Shown one piece after another: positions 35,358 to 42,044 of a DNA stretch of 42,044 bases. The stretch spans positions 1 to 42,044 of the IMG/VR virus record IMGVR_UViG_3300030376_001356; one strand, given 5' to 3'. Both the position numbers and the translations under genes were made by a program. The stretch comes from a virus (Duplodnaviria > Caudoviricetes). How positions within the stretch are numbered: the stretch's first letter is position 1; each line of letters starts with the position of its first letter. The notes below the pieces were generated by a model, which was not told where the DNA came from, searched no databases, and saw only the letters and a program-made list of their open reading frames with translations.

Positions 35358-37529
35358 CTATTTGGACTTAGAGGTACTACTTTCTTTTTTACTTTGAGCT
35401 ACGGCGGACCGTACTTCGCTCTTTACCTGTCCAAGGGCGTCATCAAGGCGTTTCTCGAATAACTTGCCTGCCGATTTCGACTGGGTTGAAGTTTTATCGA
35501 GGTCCGACTTAAATTTCTCTAGTTCAGCTCTTTGCTTAGCGTGGTAAACTTCTCTTTCACGTGTCTGCATATCGCCTTTTAATTTTTTAATTTCTTCTTG
35601 TTGCTGTTTAACCTGTCCTTGCAACTGACCAACTAAATCTGTTCTTTCTAAGATACCTTCCATATCGAATACTTCTGTCTTCTTCAATACTTCTTTCTTA
35701 TCAATAATACCTTTCTCATAAGCATCCATATACATCTCAAGCTGTGCGTAACGATTAGTTGGTAGCGTAGACCCAGTAACAACAACAACGTCAAAAGCTC
35801 CTCTGGATATATCATTGATTACGCTTATCTCCCCTGTTTTATCATCATACAATTTCTTATTAATAGCAATCTCATTTAAACTATTATTAGGTTGTACAAT
35901 TCTTACTACTTTTTCTGCTTGATATAACTGTTGCATTAATGGAATAGCTACTTTAGCCATCCTTGCTAATCCAGTTTCTATATCTTGTAATTTAGACTTA
36001 ATCTTTCTTTGACCAAATTCATCTAAGCTAACAGTAGCTTTATATGTATGAGGTGCCGCTTGTGCATTACCCTGCATTAATTCATATAGACCTAATGCGT
36101 GGTCAATATCCTGCTTAGCAACTTGCTCGTTCTGATATAATGTATTAGGTAATGGTGTAGGCTGAACTGGTTGAGGTGCTCCAGAATCCATATCGACTTC
36201 TATTGCAACTCCCGGTTGAGCCCATCTTTGTTCAAAGTCCTGCATATCTACAGAACCACTTGGTATTAAAATTTTTGTATTCGTACTTGTTGTTGCGTGT
36301 GCAATAATAAGAGACCGTGTCTTATTAATATACTCTTGCATATCTTTAACCATTCGGACATCAGATACCGGGTAGGGTGTTCTAGTGTGAATGTTCATAA
36401 ACAACACAATCGGATAGTGTTCCACAGGTAGAATGCGGGAGTAGAGATATTTGTCTCCCATAATGACGCACTGTTTTACCCTTTGTATTGGAACTGACAC
36501 GGTCTCAATTAAACCTTCGTTAATAAAATCAGCGTGAGTAAGTTGCTCTATCTTAGGAAGTTGAGGTGGGTCGACACCTTCTGCTTCTGCTTGTTGAACC
36601 CCCTGCTCATATTGTTGCATTAACTTAGCTATGATTCCCTGTGCTTTTTTAGCATCAGTCATTGGCTGTCCATTAATCTTCACAGCAGGTCTTGCAAGGT
36701 ATTCTTGCATTTCTTCTTCAATAAAAACTTCTTCACGTTTCTCTATATTGTTCTTTACGTGATAACGCTTAACCCATACTTTATAGTAACGCTCGTAACC
36801 CCTTATATATTCGGAGCTTTCACCAAAATTAATATCTGTTTTAGTTGCTGTATCTTCGGGGAATACAATCCCTTTATCATCTACTCTTTGAGTAGTAGGT
36901 CTATCTGTGTGTAAATCTGATTCGGCGTTCTTAATTGCTTCTTCGTATTGAGGATACATCTGCTTAGCTTGTTCTTTTGTGAACATACGACTAATAATAA
37001 TGTTTTCTGCATCTTCTGCTAATCTATCTCTAGAATTAGGGTCTACATATACATCAAGAGGGTCGATATCGTGAATACATACTTCACCACGACCATAATC
37101 TTTCAAGGGGTCAATATAAACCATCATAGCTCCCATACCCATTGTATAGTAGTCATCTATGCAGTTGCGGAGTGCCTGAGTCCCATCTGATATATACCAC
37201 ATATATTCGAGTAAACCATTAAAGACCTGAGCAACTTTGTTGTCGGAATCTTCTCTTGGTGATACTCTGAATTGTGGTTTTCCTGAAGTAAGAAGTGCTT
37301 TTGCGGCTTCTACTGCTGGATGGATACGATTTACTACGAGTGGTGCTTGACCCCTCTCAAGTAAAGTTTTTTCTTGTTGTTGGGTCCACTGCCTTCCTAA
37401 ACGAAATTCAGCATCTTCTTGAGCCTGTTCAGCCCAGAGTTCCCTCTTATTAGAATAAGATTTAAATATAGATTGTGTCTTTTCAACGATGTCCTCAGGG
37501 ACTTCGCCTTCTCTCTCAACGTACGCCAT
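35358..37529 (-). CDS. Portal protein (P22-like)
   Basis: 723 aa after TerL; GRQW...RGQAPLVVNRIHPAV, DPLDVYVDPNS, KDMQEYINK motifs; C-terminal coiled-coil barrel. Confidence 0.9.
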   Translation of the reverse strand: MAYVEREGEVPEDIVEKTQSIFKSYSNKRELWAEQAQEDAEFRLGRQWTQQQEKTLLERGQAPLVVNRIHPAVEAAKALLTSGKPQFRVSPREDSDNKVAQVFNGLLEYMWYISDGTQALRNCIDDYYTMGMGAMMVYIDPLKDYGRGEVCIHDIDPLDVYVDPNSRDRLAEDAENIIISRMFTKEQAKQMYPQYEEAIKNAESDLHTDRPTTQRVDDKGIVFPEDTATKTDINFGESSEYIRGYERYYKVWVKRYHVKNNIEKREEVFIEEEMQEYLARPAVKINGQPMTDAKKAQGIIAKLMQQYEQGVQQAEAEGVDPPQLPKIEQLTHADFINEGLIETVSVPIQRVKQCVIMGDKYLYSRILPVEHYPIVLFMNIHTRTPYPVSDVRMVKDMQEYINKTRSLIIAHATTSTNTKILIPSGSVDMQDFEQRWAQPGVAIEVDMDSGAPQPVQPTPLPNTLYQNEQVAKQDIDHALGLYELMQGNAQAAPHTYKATVSLDEFGQRKIKSKLQDIETGLARMAKVAIPLMQQLYQAEKVVRIVQPNNSLNEIAINKKLYDDKTGEISVINDISRGAFDVVVVTGSTLPTNRYAQLEMYMDAYEKGIIDKKEVLKKTEVFDMEGILERTDLVGQLQGQVKQQQEEIKKLKGDMQTREREVYHAKQRAELEKFKSDLDKTSTQSKSAGKLFEKRLDDALGQVKSEVRSAVAQSKKESSTSKSK

Positions 37530-37546
37530 TGGGGCGAACTTACAAC

Positions 37547-39064
37547 TTACATTGTCATCCAGTCAAGTATTTTTCTAGGTTTTGATTTAACTTCACCTTC
37601 AACATATTCTTTACGTCTACAGGGCTTTACTCCATCTATAGCGTAATATATCGCATCTAATATATCATCGTGTTTTCCCCTAGGATAAGATAGAAACTCT
37701 TGTTGAGCGTGTATATCCTCATTCCTAAAGAAAAACTCTCCTCTTGCGAGCGGGGCAACCAAGGACAACAATCGTTCGGATTTTCTTTGTCTTGGTTTTA
37801 TGCCTTTCTCGAGTCCGGGTATATACAACCCCTCGTCCAGCATCTGCTTTCTTACGTTACTCCTCAGTGCCTCTTGGTAGCCCACCGTCTCAATTTTCAT
37901 TTTTCTAGGTTTATACTTTTTATAAATCTTAATAATTTCTGCTGGCTGTATTGCAGGGTCAAGCTTATCCCGGAGAATATCGACAATATACTTATTACCG
38001 TCACCATCGACAGCCATAGTAGCAATAACAAAGAAATCGCTCCTAGCAGATAAGCTACTAGCAGGGTCAATCCCACAATAAATGTCAACAGGTTTATAAC
38101 TCGGCTCCCCATCAATGTAACGACAGAGTAAATTTTGTCCGTCCACTCGCTTATAGGAGTAATGATGTAATTTAATATAATGTGGTTTAAACGGTGCGTT
38201 GTCTGGCGATTGTGCTTCATTCATATACTCCTGATAAAATCCATTAAGATTACCAACTGATTCAAACTCAGATTTAATCTGTAAGATTCTCTCCTCGGGG
38301 AAGCGTTCTTCCCATATGGAGTTCCCATCATCTCCATAGATTGCGTACCATAAAACATTCCAAGCAGGAGATTCCTTAGCCCAATATAAGAAACAATCTT
38401 CTGAAATAACAGTACCAATCATAACTACCCGACCATCGTCAGATAAAGAAGGTATTACTGCTTCAGTGACCCACTTTCTATTTTTTGCTCTACCTTCTGC
38501 TGTAGCCGCATTTAATTCTGATTCATAGTCATCTATAATAATGAGATTAGGACGAGTATCACCTTCAATAAACCCCCGTACACGCTGACCAGTACCAACA
38601 GCAATAACCCTAGCTCCGTTAGCGAGGACGATGTCGTTGTTGGTCCATCTTTTTGCTGTAGTTGCACCATAGTCTCCAAACATTTGTTTAAAATTCTGTG
38701 AATTATCTAAATGATATTTAATCCTAGATAAGAAGTTTATACTCTGAGATTGTGACTCAGAGATAATAACAATGAATAGGTCCTCGGCTGATGGTTTAAA
38801 GGCTATCTTGTGAAGGGGTAGAATCAAGGAGGTCACGGTACTTTTAGCAGTTCCACGAGGAGCCGCTATCAATACCCGCCTTTTAGACACATCAGCCAAG
38901 GATTTATAAATCTCGTTATGAAAAGGAGGTATATCCTTATTCAAAGCAGTAGGGAACATAGTTCTTCCAAATAGACCTATGTCCCTCCTAAGCTTTTTCA
39001 GGGCATTTTCTTCTGCCCATTTAGCTTCAAAGGTGTCTACCTGTACGGGGTTCCCGATATCCAC
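37547..39064 (-). CDS. terL: Terminase large subunit
   Basis: Walker A APRGTAKST, Walker B LIIIDD, motif III IGT, FYQEYMN, RNase H-like CGIDPA and HDDILDA; exact start uncertain. Confidence 0.96.
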   Translation of the reverse strand: MDIGNPVQVDTFEAKWAEENALKKLRRDIGLFGRTMFPTALNKDIPPFHNEIYKSLADVSKRRVLIAAPRGTAKSTVTSLILPLHKIAFKPSAEDLFIVIISESQSQSINFLSRIKYHLDNSQNFKQMFGDYGATTAKRWTNNDIVLANGARVIAVGTGQRVRGFIEGDTRPNLIIIDDYESELNAATAEGRAKNRKWVTEAVIPSLSDDGRVVMIGTVISEDCFLYWAKESPAWNVLWYAIYGDDGNSIWEERFPEERILQIKSEFESVGNLNGFYQEYMNEAQSPDNAPFKPHYIKLHHYSYKRVDGQNLLCRYIDGEPSYKPVDIYCGIDPASSLSARSDFFVIATMAVDGDGNKYIVDILRDKLDPAIQPAEIIKIYKKYKPRKMKIETVGYQEALRSNVRKQMLDEGLYIPGLEKGIKPRQRKSERLLSLVAPLARGEFFFRNEDIHAQQEFLSYPRGKHDDILDAIYYAIDGVKPCRRKEYVEGEVKSKPRKILDWMTM

Positions 39065-39630
39065 GATACTAAACTAGTTCTGTCACCTGCTATTACAGGC
39101 TTTACTCTATGTAACAACCAAGATGGAAAGAATACTGCATCACCTTTTGTTAACTGTACTGGAGTACTATTTCTTCCAGCCTTAAATTCTAATTCCCCAC
39201 CTTTGATACACTCTTCTAAAATTAAGGACATACTAATCTTTCTATGGTCTATACCCTCACCACCACAATCTTGATGCCAATCATAATGACCTTTATCTTT
39301 ATGACTATACTCAGTGTACTGTGGGGCGTCTTTAAACCCTTGTATTTCAAAATGCCAATTATCATCATTAGCTATCTTAGCCCACTTCCATATTCTATAA
39401 TATAACCACTTCCATTCTGAAGTATTATATTGTGGGACCCATTTAATCATACTGTTTCTATAATCTCTCTGTACACCAGCAAGAGTAGTAGCAGTGTTTA
39501 TGGGTAATTTTTTCATCTTAGTCATTACTTCATCGCATTCATCTGCTTGAAGCATATTCCTAACTAAGTACCAACGGTCAAATCTAGTCTTCTTTATCGG
39601 GGACTGGATGTTTTGTATCGCTATCTCCAA
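39037..39630 (-). CDS. 2OG-Fe(II) oxygenase (prolyl-4-hydroxylase/PKHD-like)
   Basis: HYDWHQD (HxD), RKISMS, GGELEF, FPSWLLHRVKPV..GDRTSLVSW; start reassigned to TTG at 39630 behind AGGAGG (track start 39657). Confidence 0.9.
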   Translation of the reverse strand: MEIAIQNIQSPIKKTRFDRWYLVRNMLQADECDEVMTKMKKLPINTATTLAGVQRDYRNSMIKWVPQYNTSEWKWLYYRIWKWAKIANDDNWHFEIQGFKDAPQYTEYSHKDKGHYDWHQDCGGEGIDHRKISMSLILEECIKGGELEFKAGRNSTPVQLTKGDAVFFPSWLLHRVKPVIAGDRTSLVSWISGTPYR

Positions 39631-40381
39631 TGGGAACCTCCTGTTTTCTAGTTGCAATCAGTTTATTTTCTTCCTGATTAATATTATCTATCAATGCTCT
39701 GGTCTGGACGGCTTCAAGCTTATCAGTAACCGTTACTGTTTCTTTGTCTTTCATTCCGTGTATTTCCATACCATCATTAACGAAACCCCTTATTCCATTA
39801 ACATCTTCTTTTTTAAGTGCTATCTCCACACCCTTCTTCATTAACTCAATGAAATAGTCCGCATCCATCATATTGGAAGCCAGCATCTTCTGTGCCTCAT
39901 CTCTTTTCATAGTTTTAAATGTCTCCGTTCTCATATGGCGTTTCAGCTTACGTCTCTTACTTATACTTACTGAGCCATATACTTTATCAATAGCAACATC
40001 ACGATTCTCTGTGACTGCCGCCCAAAAAGCTAAGTCTTGGTAATCTTCTGAATTACACCTGACTTCTAGCCAATTCTTTCCACTCATAGTGGTATTAGTT
40101 ACTCTACCCCCACAATTAAGTTTCTTATTAGGATATTTAGAGTCCCACATAATATAACCAAAAGGAAACCTAAAGTAATAGCTATTTCTCCCATCCTTAG
40201 CCGTGTATTCCTTTTTCTTTATTAAGCGTGCTACATATTTATCATCAGTTAGGGCATATTCACCCTCTGTAGACTCTTGCCAATGCTTAAATGGAATATT
40301 GGCTATATTAGCCTCTTCCTCTGTGTATATTATATAATCAGTAGGACCAACCTTATTATGATTGATTGTTACACTGAACAA
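39584..40381 (-). CDS. Putative terminase small subunit with N-terminal extension
   Basis: Upstream of TerL; helical C-terminal region (IELMKKGVEIALKKEDVNGI..HGM) resembling TerS oligomerisation helices. Positional inference. Confidence 0.5.
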   Translation of the reverse strand: MFSVTINHNKVGPTDYIIYTEEEANIANIPFKHWQESTEGEYALTDDKYVARLIKKKEYTAKDGRNSYYFRFPFGYIMWDSKYPNKKLNCGGRVTNTTMSGKNWLEVRCNSEDYQDLAFWAAVTENRDVAIDKVYGSVSISKRRKLKRHMRTETFKTMKRDEAQKMLASNMMDADYFIELMKKGVEIALKKEDVNGIRGFVNDGMEIHGMKDKETVTVTDKLEAVQTRALIDNINQEENKLIATRKQEVPIGDSDTKHPVPDKED

Positions 40382-41064
40382 GGTACCACCTTAGCCTGAC
40401 TAATGTGGATATACCCTATTTTCTTATCAATCTTGTCCTCTTCACCACCAAATGCTGTATTCCTTGGTAGTTTACGGCTTTCCCATTTATAGTTAAACTT
40501 TTTATTATTAAGCTTTGTTATGTTAAATACATATATATTAGGACTTACAACTACTATATAAAGGAAGTCTTTACCATCTATCTCTGAACATCCCTTATTA
40601 GCCATATATTTGTCCCATTCTATAAGGCAATCATCGTAATGTTTACCCCGTATCTTGATTTCTGCTATATATCTGTGCTCTTCAGCATCATAACTAGAGT
40701 ATTGTTCCCCAGTAAGTGTGAATTTAGTACCTGTTTGTAGATTTATCCAGTCACAAACGCTTTGTTCTGTTATAGGCGTTTTAATACTGGTAGGACGTAC
40801 CTCTTTAACCACCTCTTTATGGGTATTCCTAGATATATCGTTAGAATGTTCCACATTAGCCGTAGATATAGGTACATTATGCGTACCATTCGTTTTAAGA
40901 TTATCTTCATATTGCTTATAAGCCTCCATAATGTCGTGATATCGTTTACCTCTATGGACCTCAGCTTGGAATCCCTGCATTTCTGCTAATTCCTCCCACA
41001 CCAATGTGTGATTCAGCTTATTGTCCTTAGTTAGGTACTTACTAATGTCAACGATGTAACTCAT
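40369..41064 (-). CDS. PD-(D/E)XK-like nuclease domain protein
   Basis: YSSYDA...IAEIKIR...LIEWDKY in C-terminal half; AAGGGG SD. Confidence 0.65.
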   Translation of the reverse strand: MSYIVDISKYLTKDNKLNHTLVWEELAEMQGFQAEVHRGKRYHDIMEAYKQYEDNLKTNGTHNVPISTANVEHSNDISRNTHKEVVKEVRPTSIKTPITEQSVCDWINLQTGTKFTLTGEQYSSYDAEEHRYIAEIKIRGKHYDDCLIEWDKYMANKGCSEIDGKDFLYIVVVSPNIYVFNITKLNNKKFNYKWESRKLPRNTAFGGEEDKIDKKIGYIHISQAKVVPCSV

Positions 41065-41130
41065 CTAGTGCGACTTTTCCCCTTATTTATTTAAATCAGT
41101 TCTAGCGAACTAACCACAAAATATACTAAT

Positions 41131-41159
41131 AATGTAATAAGTATATTAAGGAGATGCAA
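41131..41159 (-). promoter_or_regulatory. Sigma70-like promoter for the structural operon
   Basis: Minus strand TTGCAT-17 nt-TACATT; -10 box flanked by inverted repeat AATATACT/AGTATATT. Confidence 0.55.
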
Positions 41160-41224
41160 TAGTTAGTATTTTCTTTAACCCAACCCCTATAGGTGCTTCT
41201 ACAGCAACCATTTAGTGGAATCTG

Positions 41225-41449
41225 CTATATATCTTTGTTTTCTGTTACTTTTTCAGAGTGTACAATCCTAACATTCTCCCATTTATTGTGTAACCAACAC
41301 CAGTTCTCGCCCTCTCTAATGTTGACGTATTGATGCCTAGTGGAATCGTTAACTGCAACAATATCATCAAATACGGTTGCATCGCTATCGGAATGAATGC
41401 TTAATGTAGCACTACCTGTCAAAAGTATTAAAATAAGTATTTTTATCAT
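41225..41449 (-). CDS. Small secreted or membrane-anchored hypothetical protein
   Basis: 74 aa with signal-peptide-like N-terminus (MIKILILILLTGSATLS); no clear SD. Confidence 0.55.
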   Translation of the reverse strand: MIKILILILLTGSATLSIHSDSDATVFDDIVAVNDSTRHQYVNIREGENWCWLHNKWENVRIVHSEKVTENKDI

Positions 41450-41489
41450 AAAAAAAATTACACAAAAAAAGTTTTAAAAAATACTGTAG

Positions 41490-41577
41490 AATGGGAGTAC
41501 GTGATATACAGTTCACCGTACCCCGTCCGTTTTCACGGGCGTGGGGTACCGCTCCCGTTGAATCGCTTTCCAGCGAT
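41490..41577. other. GC-rich nested hairpin cluster in divergent intergenic region
   Basis: AATGGGAG/CTCCCGTT enclosing GTACCCC-GTCCGT-TTTC-ACGGGC-GT-GGGGTAC; followed by ATCGCT-TTCC-AGCGAT. Confidence 0.75.
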
Positions 41578-41682
41578 GAAACGCTCGCCCCTCCACTGGT
41601 GAAACCGTAGGGTTACTGGTGATATCCCCTGCTAGTTATGAAGATATGTAAATAATAATCTAACCATCAAAGGACTACGCCT

Positions 41683-42042
41683 ATGAGCTTAAATATCATT
41701 TCAATCTCCAACACCACCAGTGGTACTGTCAATCCTCGGACTCAAGAGTACGAGGCAGACACTGACCGTAACGGCAAAGTAATATACTCTGCCGAACGAT
41801 TCAGAGTTAACACTACCCCTGATTCGACTATGCCTGCACAGTTGACTGCCCAGCAAGTGAGTAAACTCACTAGCTTTGCACTCAAAGCTGGCATCACAGT
41901 CTCAGTCAAGACTGGTGTTAAGTACGAACTCTCCCGTAGAGTCCCTAAGGACTCAACTACGGTTGACGGGATAGAAAGACCACCGATTACTCAGTGGTAC
42001 TTCCGACCCGAGCGTCAACCTCTTGGAGAGTTAGCACTCTAA
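41683..42042 (+). CDS. Hypothetical protein, first gene of divergent (probably early) block
   Basis: 119 aa; AAGGA SD; visibly higher GC and more C-ending codons than the structural operon. Confidence 0.75.
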   Translation: MSLNIISISNTTSGTVNPRTQEYEADTDRNGKVIYSAERFRVNTTPDSTMPAQLTAQQVSKLTSFALKAGITVSVKTGVKYELSRRVPKDSTTVDGIERPPITQWYFRPERQPLGELAL

Positions 42043-42044
42043 CG

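Larger units (their letters stand above)
1..42044. mobile_element. Tailed bacteriophage (Caudoviricetes, podovirus-like) genome segment: complete morphogenesis/lysis module plus flanks
   Basis: Terminase, portal, scaffold, capsid, tail fibres and endolysin are co-oriented and densely packed; no host housekeeping genes and no integrase seen. Confidence 0.97.

Noticed and set aside
41146-41211. 21-codon minus-strand ORF (MVAVEAPIG...)
   Set aside because: No SD, very short, and overlaps the putative promoter
1-42044. Genome-wide stop-codon reassignment (TAG or TGA) as in some crAss-like phages
   Set aside because: Long genes are intact in code 11, and TAG and TGA end genes at coupled stop/start junctions; no suppressor tRNA seen

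Overview
The window is about 42 kb of a low-GC (roughly 35-40% by eye) tailed dsDNA bacteriophage genome with podovirus-type architecture; no tape measure or sheath gene is visible. A minus-strand morphogenesis operon runs from about 41450 to 1774. In order it encodes a PD-(D/E)XK-like nuclease, putative TerS, a 2OG-Fe(II) oxygenase, TerL, a P22-like portal, scaffold, major capsid, head-tail ring proteins, three tail fibres (one collagen-like), a lysis cassette with a GH108 endolysin, a metallophosphoesterase, a nozzle-like protein and several ejected core proteins. The operon also encodes a 2918-aa protein with two-barrel RNA polymerase motifs (RxP...GADLDGD plus an ESAAK barrel), i.e. a probable virion-packaged RNAP. 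Genes have strong Shine-Dalgarno signals and frequent TTG starts, unlike Bacteroidota crAss-like phages. A short plus-strand block at the left (HNH and others) meets the operon at a bidirectional terminator, and a hairpin-rich divergent region at the right precedes a higher-GC plus-strand gene. Highlights are the virion RNAP, a candidate ~150-nt structured RNA, the hairpin cluster at the divergence point, a recurring QxGG motif in core proteins, a collagen fibre co-occurring with a prolyl-hydroxylase-like enzyme, and apparent avoidance of several restriction sites. All functional calls come from motif recognition by eye; no database searches were run.
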